Numbered from the stretch's first letter, positions 20,301 through 31,489 are shown. The stretch is 64,000 nucleotides of DNA from an uncultured delta proteobacterium (GCA_963767925.1 CAVYGB010000010.1:58606-122605), one strand, 5' to 3'. Program-made: numbers and translations. Notes: generated from the sequence alone by a model not told the origin.

Positions 20301-22881
20301 TCCCACCGGACATGAGCTGGGGCGTGACCTCGCAGTCACCGCCCGAGCGGGCGAAGCTGGGGGGCGAGCCGCCGCCGTCGAAGGTGACCGTGTAGGTGCC
20401 CGTGTCGACGAGCGCGGCCAGGGTGAAGGTCTCTTCGGTCCCCACCAGGCCGGAGGTGAGCTCGCCGAAGCTGAAGGCGTTGATGGCCGTCCCGGGCGGG
20501 TTCTGGAGCTGCAGCAGCCCGCGGCCCGCGCCCTGCAGCAGCAGGCTGGCCACGCCGCCGGAGCCCGCCATCACGTTGACCGTCGCGTCCCGGTCCCCGG
20601 CCAGGGTCGGCCGGAAGAACACGGTCATCGAGCACTGCCCGCCGGCCGCCAGGGGCGGGCCGCAGGTGTTGCTGCCGGGGACGATGCCGAAGTCGCCGGG
20701 GTGGTTGCCCTGGATCACCGTCGCCAGCATGCCGGTCGAGGCCTGGCCGGTGTTGCGCAGGAAGACCTGGGTCCCGGGCATCGATTCGGTCCCCACCGGC
20801 AGCGCGCTGAACCCGAGCAGGGTGAGGTTGGACCCGGTGGCCTGCTGGAAGGCGATCGAGGCGGGCATTGCCCCGGTCGCGCTCAGGGCCGCGGTGACCG
20901 CCCCGCCCGGGTTGGCGCTGACCCGCAGGTCGGTGCTGAAGTCGCCGACGTTGGCGGCCACGAAGCGCACCGCCGCCGAGCAGGACTCCCCCGAGGTGAG
21001 GATCTGGTTCTGGCAGCCGTTCGAGCCGATCACGAACTGGCCCGAGCCGGTGCTGAGCTGGACCAGGCCGGTGTCGGAGTCGCCCCGGTTGATCACGGTG
21101 AAGATGACCTCGCTCGACATCTGACCGAGCCCCACCGTGCCGAAGCTGGCCGCGGTCTGCAGCAGCGCCAGCCGGGCGCCGGTGACCCCCAGCCCGCTCA
21201 ACATGGCGCCGGTGGTGCCGGCCCGCTCGGCAACCGCCGTGAGGGGCGAGCTGCGCTGGCCCGCGCCGCCCGGCGCAAAGGCCACCGACAGCGAGCAGGT
21301 GGCGCCCGGCTCGAGGGAGCGGTCCTGACAGGAGTCGGTCCCCGGCACGATCTTGAAGTCTCCGCTGGTGGTGGTCACCCGGATCGCGCCGGTTGCCGCC
21401 CCGCCCGTGTTGGTGATGGTGAAGCTGCCGCCGGCGCTGCTCTGGCCGACCGTCACGCCGCCGAAGTTGCGCTCGGCCGGCGAGATGCTGATCGACGGGC
21501 GGCTGACCCCGGTGCCCGCGACGGTGGTCTCGGCGGCGGCGATGTCCATGCCGCGCACCTTGCCCCTGACCCGCACGATGCTGGTGGCGGCCCCCTCGGC
21601 CGCCGGGGTGAACACGACGGTGAGGTCGCAGGAGGCGCCGGCCGCCAGGCGGGTGCCGCAGGTGTGGCGCAGGGCGAACCGGGCGTCGGTGCTCTCGGGC
21701 CGCAGCTCCTCGATCTCCTCCTGCCCCTCGTTGCGCACGGTGAGGACCAGCTCCGGGCTGGCGCTGCCCACCGCCACCGGCACGAAGCTCGGTCGCTCGG
21801 GCCCCAGCACGAGGGCGGCCGGCGGCACCCCGTTGCCGCTGAGGGGCACGCCCACCGCGTCGCCGCCGCTCACCGAGAGGGCCAGCACGCCGCGCTTGGC
21901 GCCCACCGACTTGGGGGTGAAGGCGACCTGCAAGGTACAGGTCCCGCTGGCCGCGATCAGGGCCGGGCAGCCGCTGGTGACGAGGAAGTCCATGCTGCTG
22001 GCGGTGGCCCGGAACTCGGTGACCGGCGCGGTGCCGGGGTTCTTGATGGTCACCATGGTGGGGCGGCCGGTGCGGCCGACGCCCACCGCCTCGAAGTCGA
22101 CCGCGCTCGGCAGCGACTCGACCGCCGGGCGGGCGACGCCGTTGCCCGCCAGCTCGACCGTCACGGTCGGAGAGCCGGTCACGGCGGCGATGAGGGTGCC
22201 GGTCTTGGGGCCCACCGAGGTCGGCTTGAACACGACCGGCTGCATGCAGGAGGTGCCCGCCGCCAGGGTGGCGGTACAGGTGCCACCCATCCGCTCGAAG
22301 CCTTCCCCGGTGATCCGCAGGTCGAGGCCCGCCGCCTGCAGCGTGCCCTCGTTCCGGATCATGACCGCCTTGGCCTCGCTGGTGCCGCCCACCGAGATCG
22401 ACCCGAAGCTGAGGTCCATCTGGGTGATGGTGAGGACCGCCGGGCGATTGGCCTTGCCGGTGAGGCTGGCCGTCTTGCGCCCGCCGCCCGCGCTGATCTC
22501 GAGGGTGGCGGCCAGATCCCCGGCCCGCGTGGGTTTGAAGACCACCATGACCACACAGCTCTGGTTGCGGTTGAGGGTGCCGCTGCAGCCGGTGGCCATG
22601 AACTGGTCAGCGGCCGGGCCGGTGGTGATGACCCCGACCGTGTTGAGCGCGCTCGAGTGGACGTTGCGGACGGTGAACATGAGGGCCGCGCTGGTCTGCC
22701 CGACCAGCGTCTCGGGAAAGGCCCGGGTGGCCGGGTCGATCACGACGGGCGCCGGAATTCCGCCGGGTCCGACCGCCGGGCTCTCGCTCCCTCCACAGCC
22801 TGCCGCGACACCGACACCCAGCACGGCCAGCAGAATCGGAAACGTGCGCCCACGCGGGCCGAAGCTACCTGCGAAAGTCAT
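17356..22881 (-). CDS. Giant (about 1,840 aa) secreted lipoprotein made of about 16-17 tandem ASH / choice-of-anchor-D (HYDIN/VesB-type) beta-sandwich repeats
   Basis: Lipoprotein signal (LAVLGVGVAAGCGG). Repeated ~100-aa units, each with FG.V.VG..S....V.N.G and ending in C....V.F.P...G.(K/R)...L (e.g. VAFTPKSVGAKRG, VRFQPQSAGPKAG, VVFEPRTAGAKAA). Low charge and rich in T/G/A/V. Confidence 0.75.
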   Translation of the reverse strand: MTFAGSFGPRGRTFPILLAVLGVGVAAGCGGSESPAVGPGGIPAPVVIDPATRAFPETLVGQTSAALMFTVRNVHSSALNTVGVITTGPAADQFMATGCSGTLNRNQSCVVMVVFKPTRAGDLAATLEISAGGGRKTASLTGKANRPAVLTITQMDLSFGSISVGGTSEAKAVMIRNEGTLQAAGLDLRITGEGFERMGGTCTATLAAGTSCMQPVVFKPTSVGPKTGTLIAAVTGSPTVTVELAGNGVARPAVESLPSAVDFEAVGVGRTGRPTMVTIKNPGTAPVTEFRATASSMDFLVTSGCPALIAASGTCTLQVAFTPKSVGAKRGVLALSVSGGDAVGVPLSGNGVPPAALVLGPERPSFVPVAVGSASPELVLTVRNEGQEEIEELRPESTDARFALRHTCGTRLAAGASCDLTVVFTPAAEGAATSIVRVRGKVRGMDIAAAETTVAGTGVSRPSISISPAERNFGGVTVGQSSAGGSFTITNTGGAATGAIRVTTTSGDFKIVPGTDSCQDRSLEPGATCSLSVAFAPGGAGQRSSPLTAVAERAGTTGAMLSGLGVTGARLALLQTAASFGTVGLGQMSSEVIFTVINRGDSDTGLVQLSTGSGQFVIGSNGCQNQILTSGESCSAAVRFVAANVGDFSTDLRVSANPGGAVTAALSATGAMPASIAFQQATGSNLTLLGFSALPVGTESMPGTQVFLRNTGQASTGMLATVIQGNHPGDFGIVPGSNTCGPPLAAGGQCSMTVFFRPTLAGDRDATVNVMAGSGGVASLLLQGAGRGLLQLQNPPGTAINAFSFGELTSGLVGTEETFTLAALVDTGTYTVTFDGGGSPPSFARSGGDCEVTPQLMSGGSCTIRVRFQPQSAGPKAGSLVVTTSDGVSTRVALTGTGTGPLQFSPRPHNFGDRPAGSTTDQVFELANRGPLPMTAVAVSLAGSTDYVVASDTCATSPPAAGATCAVTVRFIPTTPGAKATTLTATGTFMVAGANQTETSAVAISGTATPAAQIGVDPATHDFGTVPVGSAGATQMFRVSNAADRPTTGGIQLDTTQAGGDFAVSRNGCLLADNTSPRPLAAGESCTFDVRFSPGATGARAGVIRAFANPGGSLALRLGGTGLSTLVVTPGAFDFDSGGLNVLGQPSASQPTPPRREFIVTNRGTEAVALTTQLQPSSLVGATADGPSYFQLLPSSTAAAVCPPSLAGGASCRVEVAMITPAGATAGKKYARLLASGAAATTAAVAEVSGTLRADAALVYLDGNAPRDFGGVKVNQVSVAHLVQVQNSGGVGAGALQIEIPTNFERVLASGTNPDTGNPVCVAGDPLAASAICDLVLRFRPNTALGNLMGTLRVSATGFGAVSGNQDKLLTGVGLPVGGIYLAPTPSDFGAATPGVAAPIERVLTVTNETGVPVAVAAGAATSTGAGFSVAAQTCAPSIPAGGMCTVTARFQPDMAATAGTVTGSVQLVGTPAGGAAQTASASVQGRVVVPGLRIEAPPEGASWGEALVGIAATARVFTVRNTGGAATAAGPRIALAGPQGAEFAVPAGAENNTCTAALPPNGTCTVTVVLTPMAIAARAATLTATAGAASASVALSANAVLPSVIQVVSIGGAAGAGTTVEFGNKAVGSETAIDVVVRNVDNGQRVPAPTFTLGDSVNFRFDTNPGTASDCFDLTQDGLQGGPPGEACTVRIFFRPQALPAAGAAAPNLASTLIVGGAATGSTLNLRGHAVSALAITPDGRPFGGVALNATSGATTFTVTNSNDAGIPGTGQVAVSLDGADATSFRITRNECAGTTLPAGGSCAIDVVFEPRTAGAKAAALSVTASPTNGVSASLSGSGM

Positions 22882-23186
22882 GAATCTAGCCTCCGTCTCG
22901 GTCGATCGAGCACCGCCGACTCCGCCGGGCGACGACCGTAAAATATCGAGGAAAGGCGCCCAGTTTTGTGGATCAATCGGGAAAAGCGCAAGCAAAAATC
23001 GGCTCGAATTGGCAGGGATTGAGCCTGACGGCGGGGGTGCCCGGCGTGCTCCGATCCACAGGCGATACGTCGATCCGGCAGGTCCGCGCCCAGCTGGCGG
23101 CGGACACGCCCGCCGCCCTCTCCCGGTGTCACCTTCCCGGCGTCTTCCGGGACCGTTCCTTCGAAGGTGGCGACAGCGTCGACGTC

Positions 23187-23216
23187 GAAGAAACCTGAAG
23201 AAACCTGAAGAAACCT
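23187..23216. repeat. 10-bp tandem repeat (gaagaaacct) x3 plus degenerate copies, in the gyrA upstream region
   Basis: gaagaaacct gaagaaacct gaagaaacct, then ggagaagaca cccgaagaca tcttc; locally low-GC in a 70% GC context, 90-120 bp upstream of the gyrA ATG. Confidence 0.85.
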
Positions 23217-23305
23217 GGAGAAGACACCCGAAGACATCTTCTGTGATGACGGTCGCAAGCTACTCCGTTCCAGCCGCCCTGCCGTGGTAGGGTGAATCGG
23301 GACCC

Positions 23306-25960
23306 ATGGACAGCGTCGACGGCAACCCGCCTACTCCCCCGTCTTCTCCCCCGTCTTCCCCATTTGGCCAGCGCATCCCGGTGGCCATCGAGGAGGAGAT
23401 GAAGTCCTCCTTCATGGACTACGCGATGAGCGTCATCGTGTCACGCGCCCTGCCGGACGTGCGCGACGGCCTCAAGCCGGTCCATCGGCGGATCCTCTAC
23501 ACCCAGCATCTGACCAGCAACGTCTGGAACCGCGCTTACGTCAAGTGCGCCCGCGTGGTCGGGGAGGTGCTGGGCCGCTTCCACCCCCACGGCGACTCGG
23601 CGGCCTACGATGCGCTGGTCCGTCTCGCCCAGGACTTCGCCATGCGCTATCCGCTCATCGACGGGCAGGGCAACTTCGGATCGGTCGACGGCGACCCCCC
23701 GGCAGCCTACCGCTACACCGAGTGCCGCATGGAGAAGATCGGCGGCGAGCTGCTGGCCGACATCGACAAGGAGACGGTCGAGTTCCAGCCGAACTACGAC
23801 GACAAGGAGATGGAGCCGACGGTCCTGCCGACCAGGCTCCCCAACCTGCTGGTCAACGGGGCTTCGGGCATCGCCGTCGGCATGGCGACCAACATCCCGC
23901 CCCACAACTTGCGCGAGATCGTCACCGCCACCATCGCCCTCATCAAGAATCCCCAGGTGACGATCGACGAGCTGCTGGAGCTGGTGCCGGGCCCCGACTT
24001 CCCCACTGGCGGCACCATCTGCGGCCGCGAGGGGATCCGGCAGGCCTACCGCACGGGGCGGGGATCCATCCTCGTGCGCGCCCGCACCACCATCGAGGAG
24101 CACCCCAAGTCGGGGCGCAAGTCGATCATCGCCACCGAGATCCCCTACCAGGTCAACAAGTCCAAGCTGATCGAGAAGATCGCCGAGCTGACCCGGGACA
24201 AGAAGATCGACGGCATCTCCGACATCCGGGACGAGTCGGACCGGGACGGCATGCGCATCGTCGTCGACCTGAAGAAGGACGCCGTGCCGGAGGTGGTGCT
24301 CAACAACCTCTGGAAGATGACCCCCCTGCAGGACTCCTTCGGGGTCAACATGCTGGCCATCGTCGACGGCCGCCCGCGGGTGCTCTCCCTCAAGGAGGCG
24401 CTCGTCCACTTCGTGCAACACCGGCGCGAGGTTGTGACCCGCCGCACCCAGTTCGACCTGCGTCAGGCCCAGGAGCGGATGCACATCCTCGAGGGCCTCA
24501 AGATCGCCGTCGACAACATCGACGCGGTCATCGACCTGATCCGCTCGTCGAAGGACACCGACGGCGCCAAGCAGGGGCTGATCGAGACCTTCGAGCTGTC
24601 GGCCCGCCAGGCCCAGGCCATCCTCGACATGCGGCTGGCCAAGCTGACCGGCCTCGAGCGGGAGGCCCTCGTGCAGGAGATCGCCGAGGTGAGCGCCCTC
24701 ATCGCCCGCCTGGAGGGGATCCTCGCCGACGAGGGCGTCATGACCGGGGTCATCGTGTCGGAGCTCGAGGAGATCCGCACCCTGTACGGGGATGACCGGC
24801 GCACCGTCATCTCGGAGATCGACGTCGACATCGACCTCGAGGACATGATCGCGCCCGAGGAGATGGTCGTCACCGTCACCCACGGGGGGTACGTCAAGCG
24901 CAGCGCCAAGAACCTGTACCGGGCCCAGCGCCGGGGCGGACGGGGCATCACCGGGGCGGCCACCCACGAAGAGGACTTCGTGTCGCAGATGTTCGTGGCC
25001 TCCACCCACGACAACCTGCTGATGTTCACCAGCAAGGGGCGGGTCTACGCCCGCAAGGTCTGGGAGGTCCCGGCCGCCGGGCGGGCCGCCCGGGGCAAGG
25101 CCTTCGTCAACCTCCTGCCCCTGCAGGAGGGCGAGCGGGTGATGGCCCTGCTGCCGGTGCGCGAGTTCGCCGAGGGGGCCTTCGTCGTGATGGCCACCCA
25201 GCGGGGGACCATCAAGAAGACCTCCCTGGGAGCCTTCACCAGCATCCGCCAGAGCGGCATAATCGCCCTGACCATCGAGGACGACGACGCCCTGGTGGGC
25301 GTGCGCATCACCGAGGGGAACGCCGACCTCCTGCTCGGCACCCGCGACGGCTGGGCCATCCGCTTCCGCGAGGAGAACGTGCGCCCCATGGGCCGCTCGG
25401 CGCGGGGGGTGCGGGGGATCAAGCTGCGCGAGGACGACGACCGGGTGGTGGGCATGGCGGTGGTGCCACGCGAGCAGCCGGTCACCCTGCTGACGGTGTG
25501 CGAGCGGGGCTACGGCAAGCGCACCCCCACCTCCGACTACCCGACCAAGAACCGGGGCGGCAAGGGGGTCATCACCATCAAGACCACCGACCGCAACGGC
25601 AAGGTGGTCGGCCTGCGCATCGTGACCGACGAGGACGACCTGATGTTGATCACCGACGGGGGCAAGCTGATCCGCATGCCGGTCGACGGCATCCCCACCA
25701 TCGGACGCAACACCCAGGGGGTCCGCCTCATCCGCCTCGAGGAGGGGGAGCAGGTGGTGGCCATGGAGCGTCTGGCGGAGAAGGAAGAGGGCGAAGAGGT
25801 CCCACCGGAGGTGGCCGCCGCCCGCGCCGAGGCGCTCACCCTGGCCGAGGAGGACCTCGGCGAGGAGGCGGCCGAGGAGGAGGAGAGCGAGGGCGAGGGC
25901 GAGGAGGACGAGGAAGGTGGCGGCGGCGACGACGGCAACGGCACCCCGGGCTCCAACTAG
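23306..25960 (+). CDS. gyrA: DNA gyrase subunit A
   Basis: Canonical GyrA N-terminus ([38 protein letters not shown]), QRDR region ([13 protein letters not shown]), six C-terminal beta-pinwheel repeats and an acidic tail. Confidence 0.97.
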   Translation: MDSVDGNPPTPPSSPPSSPFGQRIPVAIEEEMKSSFMDYAMSVIVSRALPDVRDGLKPVHRRILYTQHLTSNVWNRAYVKCARVVGEVLGRFHPHGDSAAYDALVRLAQDFAMRYPLIDGQGNFGSVDGDPPAAYRYTECRMEKIGGELLADIDKETVEFQPNYDDKEMEPTVLPTRLPNLLVNGASGIAVGMATNIPPHNLREIVTATIALIKNPQVTIDELLELVPGPDFPTGGTICGREGIRQAYRTGRGSILVRARTTIEEHPKSGRKSIIATEIPYQVNKSKLIEKIAELTRDKKIDGISDIRDESDRDGMRIVVDLKKDAVPEVVLNNLWKMTPLQDSFGVNMLAIVDGRPRVLSLKEALVHFVQHRREVVTRRTQFDLRQAQERMHILEGLKIAVDNIDAVIDLIRSSKDTDGAKQGLIETFELSARQAQAILDMRLAKLTGLEREALVQEIAEVSALIARLEGILADEGVMTGVIVSELEEIRTLYGDDRRTVISEIDVDIDLEDMIAPEEMVVTVTHGGYVKRSAKNLYRAQRRGGRGITGAATHEEDFVSQMFVASTHDNLLMFTSKGRVYARKVWEVPAAGRAARGKAFVNLLPLQEGERVMALLPVREFAEGAFVVMATQRGTIKKTSLGAFTSIRQSGIIALTIEDDDALVGVRITEGNADLLLGTRDGWAIRFREENVRPMGRSARGVRGIKLREDDDRVVGMAVVPREQPVTLLTVCERGYGKRTPTSDYPTKNRGGKGVITIKTTDRNGKVVGLRIVTDEDDLMLITDGGKLIRMPVDGIPTIGRNTQGVRLIRLEEGEQVVAMERLAEKEEGEEVPPEVAAARAEALTLAEEDLGEEAAEEEESEGEGEEDEEGGGGDDGNGTPGSN

Positions 25961-25972
25961 GCCAGGACGACC

Positions 25973-27268
<1,296 letters not shown>

Positions 27269-27431
27269 CCGCTTCCCCACCCCGGGTTCACCTTGGGAGA
27301 GGAAGAGCTTGCCTTCCGCCCAGGGTCTGCCGATGAAAACTTCTAACGGGCTCCGGCAGTAGTCACTGGCGGCCGGCTCGGATTCGGGTTAAATAGCCCC
27401 TCCCCCCGTTCAGGTCGGAGATTCAAAGACC

Positions 27432-27818
27432 ATGCCTAGAAAAAGCCCGCTCGCCCAGGTGAACGAAACCTTTGGCGGTAAAGACAAGCTGGTGGAGAAG
27501 CTGCTCTCTCTGCTCGAGAGCGACGAGCCCAAAGAAGACGTGCGGAAACGCCTGCTGGCGGCGGCGAACAGCAAGCTCCTGCATCTGCACGAGGTCGCGA
27601 GCATGGTGAAGGAAAACTACGGGTCGCGAGACAAGCTCGTGACCGCTGCCGCCGCAGCGCTCGGCCGCAGCAAGGACAAGCACTACCTGGCCAAGCTGGA
27701 GACCTTCTCCACGGCCAAGCTGCTCGACTTCACCATCTCGGCAGAGCGCCGCGCCAAGCGGGCCGCCGAGAAGGGCCGCCGGCCGGGCAAGCCCGCCGCC
27801 GCCCAGGCTACCAAGTAG
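27432..27818 (+). CDS. Small Lys-rich hypothetical protein with an internal two-fold repeat
   Basis: 128-aa ORF with good coding GC3. Two related halves (FGGKDKLVEKLL... and YGSRDKLVTAAA...). Preceded by a plausible RBS (ggaga) and a 160-bp intergenic region. Confidence 0.45.
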   Translation: MPRKSPLAQVNETFGGKDKLVEKLLSLLESDEPKEDVRKRLLAAANSKLLHLHEVASMVKENYGSRDKLVTAAAAALGRSKDKHYLAKLETFSTAKLLDFTISAERRAKRAAEKGRRPGKPAAAQATK

Positions 27819-27860
27819 CCAGCCAGCGCCACGACCAGGCGGGCCTCTCGGCGGTTTCGC

Positions 27861-28514
27861 TCAGAGCCAGAAACCCAGATCCATCGTCAGTCCGAAGGAC
27901 CGGGTCTTCGTGGGGGGGCCCACCTCCGCCGACGACGTGAAGTCGACGATGATCACGGGCCCGAAGCCCACGAAGACGTGGGGGAACGGGTGGAAGAGCA
28001 CCGGCGCCTTGATCAACATGCCGAACTGAGCGCCGGAGTTGGTCATGCGCCCGCCGCCCGAGGCCACGCTGGTCTTCTCCCAGGTGTAGGTCAGACCGAA
28101 GGTGGGAAAGATCGAGGCCCGGTCGCTGATCGGGAAGTTGTACGAAGCGATCGGCCCGAAGATGAACGAGCTGTACGTGTCGTCTTCTCGCCCCTCGTGG
28201 TGAAAGCCCAGCAGGCCGCCCACCGCGAGCTGGTTCGCGATGAAGAACATGATCGAGGGGGAGATGGTGATGTCCGGCCCCGACTCGCTCAGGCCGCTCA
28301 GGGACTCGCTGACGTAGCGAAGGTCGATGTCGAACTCGCTCGTGATGGCGATCTGACCGGGGCTGCCGAAGACCACCGCCGGGCTGGCCAGGCTCTCGTC
28401 GGTCTTGCTGAAGCTCGGGTCGCTGGTCGGCCACTGCTGCGCCCGCGCCGGCCCGACGAAGACGGGGAGGACCGCGGAAGAGAGGACGAGGGCGACGGCG
28501 GCAGCGAGCTTCAT
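27861..28514 (-). CDS. Small outer-membrane beta-barrel protein (OmpW/OmpA-like)
   Basis: Signal peptide (MKLAAAVALVLSSAVLPVFVGPARAQ), alternating amphipathic beta-strand pattern, and a C-terminal aromatic residue next to the last position (ends ...DLGFWL). Confidence 0.55.
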   Translation of the reverse strand: MKLAAAVALVLSSAVLPVFVGPARAQQWPTSDPSFSKTDESLASPAVVFGSPGQIAITSEFDIDLRYVSESLSGLSESGPDITISPSIMFFIANQLAVGGLLGFHHEGREDDTYSSFIFGPIASYNFPISDRASIFPTFGLTYTWEKTSVASGGGRMTNSGAQFGMLIKAPVLFHPFPHVFVGFGPVIIVDFTSSAEVGPPTKTRSFGLTMDLGFWL

Positions 28515-28682
28515 GGTGACCTCCGCCTCTACCGTATCCTGCCCGAGCCCGCCCCGGCCAGCTTTCTCGGCGGTGCCGCTGGTCCGGAGCTCTTCGTTTT
28601 GCCAGGGCTTCGCCTGGTGCCACGGCTCCGGCGACAGGCGCACACACGCCGGCCTGGCGCGCGCGACGCCTCCGGCCTGCCG

Positions 28683-29351
28683 TCAGGGCTTGCGGGTGCG
28701 TTCGCGCAGGACGCGGAAGGCTTCGAAGGTCTGGCAGCGCAGGTAGGGGTTCTCGAGGCTCTCGCGGCTGAGGGTGGAGGTGGCGAAGGGGCCATAGTCG
28801 TGGCCGGGATAGACGCGGGTCTCCTCGGGCAGCGCCAGCAGGCGCTGCAGGCTCTCCCACAGGGCGCGGGTGTCGCCTCCCGGGAAGTCGGTGCGGCCGC
28901 AGCCGCCCACGAACAGGACGTCGCCGGTGATCACGTACCCGTCGGCGAGGAACGAGACGCCGCCCGAGGTGTGGCCGAAGGTCTCGAGGGCCCGCACCCC
29001 CCGCCCGCCGATGGCGATGTCCTGCCTGTCGCTCAGCAGGGCGAGGGTCTGCGCGAGCGGGCGCAGGCGGTCGGCCTCGTGGGGGTGGACGTAGGTGACG
29101 GCGCCGGTCCGGGCCACCAGCTCGGCCACCCCCTCGATGTGGTCGTTGTGGCTGTGGGTGACGAGGATGGCACCGATCTGCACCCCCAGGCGGTCGGCCT
29201 CGCGGAGCAGGCGGTCGACCTCCCAGGCCGGGTCGACCACCGCCGCCTCACGCGTCTCCGGGCAATAGAGGATCTCGCAGAAGTTCTGGACCAGGCCGAC
29301 CTCGATCTGGACGACCTCCGGCGCGGGGGGGAGCCCGGCCGTGTCGGTCAT
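28683..29351 (-). CDS. MBL-fold metallo-hydrolase (hydroxyacylglutathione-hydrolase-like)
   Basis: THSHNDH metal-binding motif, then downstream H...D...H pattern (GHTSGG, GDVLFVGGCGR, PGHDYG). Confidence 0.8.
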   Translation of the reverse strand: MTDTAGLPPAPEVVQIEVGLVQNFCEILYCPETREAAVVDPAWEVDRLLREADRLGVQIGAILVTHSHNDHIEGVAELVARTGAVTYVHPHEADRLRPLAQTLALLSDRQDIAIGGRGVRALETFGHTSGGVSFLADGYVITGDVLFVGGCGRTDFPGGDTRALWESLQRLLALPEETRVYPGHDYGPFATSTLSRESLENPYLRCQTFEAFRVLRERTRKP

Positions 29352-31489
29352 CGCGTGTCGACCTGGACGCGCGCGGCGCCCAGGTTGTCGGCCCCGTCCC
29401 AGACCCGGACGTTGACCACGTGGGGGCCGCGGGACAGGCCCTCGGGCAGGCGGATGGCGAACCCCTCGCTGCGCTGATCGAAGAGGCCGTCGCTGGGGCT
29501 GGCCGGCCGCCAGTCCTCGCCGTCGACGGAGAACTCGATGTGGCTGACCAGCGAGGCGGCGTCGCGGGCCCGCCCGGTCACGGCGGGCGGCCGGGCTTGC
29601 AGGTTCTGCACCTCGGGGCGGGTGTTGTCGACGAGGAAGGGGGCCGACACGAAGACCGAGTCGAGGGCCCGGTCGCTGGCGTTGGAGCGCTCGTCGGTCA
29701 CCCAGACCCGCACCAGGTACTTGCCGTCGGGCACCGAGTCGGTGTTCCAGTCGAGCTCCGCCTTCGTCAGGGGATCTTCGCCGCCCATGGGCCGCCAGAC
29801 CGACTCGCGCTCCTGCCGGTAATACACCCGGTAAAGGAGCGCGTCGTTGTCGGCGTTCTCCACCTTCCAGCGCAGCTTGAGGACAGAGGAGTGAACCCGG
29901 GTTGGGCTGGCGGCGGCGGCCGCGGTGGTGGTGGTGGTGGTCGTAGTGGTGGGCGCGGCGTCGGCCAGGTACACGTCGGTCACCCGCGGGCGCTGGTTCT
30001 GGGGCAGGTAGAAGACCGAGACCTCACCCAGGGCGGTGGCCTTGGCCGGGAAGCCGACCTTGAATTGCAGGTAGCGGCTGGCCGGGCTGGCCACCTTCCC
30101 CTCGCCCTCGCCGCCATCGAACCCCGCGCCTTCGATCTTCTTCCAGCCGGTCCAGCTCTTGTCGGGCTTGGCGGTGTTGCCCGAGCGGGTCTCGAACGCG
30201 AGGTTGGGCGCCCCGGTCCAGCGCAGCCGCCCCCAGCTCGCGAAGAACTCGCCGTCGAACACCTTCGACAGGTAGGTGGCCTCGCCGGGCCCCGCCGGCC
30301 GCACCTCGTAGACGCCGCCCACGTCGCCGGTGCCGACGAGGAAGCCGTCGCCCGAGCGGACCAGGGTGAGGGCCTGCCGCTCGGAGAGATCGGCGGCGAG
30401 GGCGAAGGTGCGATCGGGCAGCAGCCGGTAGACCTTGCCCTGGGTGCCGGCCGCCGCGTAGATGTCGCCGCTCGGATCAGCCAGCAAGGCGGTGAGGTAG
30501 CCGTCGGACAGGGCGAACACCTGCTCGATGGCGCCGGCGTCGGTGAGGCGGTACACGGCGCCGCGCGCCCGGCTCGAGCTGCCCCCGCCCCCGCCCCCGC
30601 CCCCGACGGCGGCCGGCGCCGCCCCCCCGGTGACCGAGATGCGGGTCCCCTTGGCGGGCGCTGCCGTGCTGCCCCCGGTGCTGGCGGTCGCGCTGCCGCT
30701 GTCGGCCTGGCCGGCGAAGTCGTTCACCGCCACGTAGGTTACGTTGCCCACCCGCAGGATGGCCCGCACCTCCTCGGCCTCGAAGTCGTGCACCGCTTCG
30801 GCCCGGCCGTCGGGGAACACGCGGTACAGGATCCCGCTGTCGGAGGTGCCGGCCAGCAAGGCGCCCCCGCCCACCGGCAGCAGCGACACGACCTGCTTGT
30901 CCCCCGAGTCCCAGATCTGCCGCACGCTCCCCTTGGCGTCGATCGCGAACACCTTGCCCACCCCGCCCGTGCCGGCGTAGGTGGTGCCGGAGGCGGCGTC
31001 GTGGACCATGGTCCAGATGTGCTCGGCCCCCAGCTTGGCGAAGGTGCGCACCTCGCCCTTTCCGGGGTCGACGGCGAACACCCGCCCGCCGGGGGTCGAT
31101 CCGGCCAGCAGGGAGCCGTCCGGCCGCACCACGAGGGCGGTCACCCAGGGGACGTCGAGGTCGGCCAGCTTGCGCGGGGCGGGCCCGGTGTTGCCCTGGC
31201 GGAGGGTGACGGCGAAGATCCGCCCCTGGTCGCCGGTGCCGAAATAGGCGGTCTTGCCGTCGGCGCTCAGCGCGGAGGACCAGACGAAGGCGGCCTCGAG
31301 GCCGACCCGGCTGGCCTTGAGGCCGGGGCCCACCTCGCCGCTGGGGAGGATCACGCTGGTGGTGGCCTCCCCTTCCTCGAAGTCCTTGGCGGTTGTCTGA
31401 CGAAAGGACTCGGTGCCTCCGGCCTGCGCGGCGGCGGACAGCACCAATGACGACACGACCGCCAGGGCGGCAAGAACAGGCGACCTCAT
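29348..31489 (-). CDS. Secreted beta-propeller repeat protein with C-terminal beta-sandwich region, hypothetical
   Basis: Signal peptide; repeated G..Y.G/AG(T/S) and GD.G.VY-type blades; the stop overlaps the MBL-hydrolase start (ATGA). Confidence 0.5.
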   Translation of the reverse strand: MRSPVLAALAVVSSLVLSAAAQAGGTESFRQTTAKDFEEGEATTSVILPSGEVGPGLKASRVGLEAAFVWSSALSADGKTAYFGTGDQGRIFAVTLRQGNTGPAPRKLADLDVPWVTALVVRPDGSLLAGSTPGGRVFAVDPGKGEVRTFAKLGAEHIWTMVHDAASGTTYAGTGGVGKVFAIDAKGSVRQIWDSGDKQVVSLLPVGGGALLAGTSDSGILYRVFPDGRAEAVHDFEAEEVRAILRVGNVTYVAVNDFAGQADSGSATASTGGSTAAPAKGTRISVTGGAAPAAVGGGGGGGGSSSRARGAVYRLTDAGAIEQVFALSDGYLTALLADPSGDIYAAAGTQGKVYRLLPDRTFALAADLSERQALTLVRSGDGFLVGTGDVGGVYEVRPAGPGEATYLSKVFDGEFFASWGRLRWTGAPNLAFETRSGNTAKPDKSWTGWKKIEGAGFDGGEGEGKVASPASRYLQFKVGFPAKATALGEVSVFYLPQNQRPRVTDVYLADAAPTTTTTTTTTAAAAASPTRVHSSVLKLRWKVENADNDALLYRVYYRQERESVWRPMGGEDPLTKAELDWNTDSVPDGKYLVRVWVTDERSNASDRALDSVFVSAPFLVDNTRPEVQNLQARPPAVTGRARDAASLVSHIEFSVDGEDWRPASPSDGLFDQRSEGFAIRLPEGLSRGPHVVNVRVWDGADNLGAARVQVDTR

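Noticed and set aside
17692-22941. 1,749-aa plus-strand ORF opposite the giant repeat protein
   Set aside because: Pure Arg/Gly/Ala/Asp/His low-complexity sequence; the minus-strand frame gives a coherent repeat-domain lipoprotein.
27269-27300. Possible hairpin ggaag-agcttgc-cttcc downstream of hemL as a terminator
   Set aside because: 5-bp stem, no U-tract; too weak to call a terminator.
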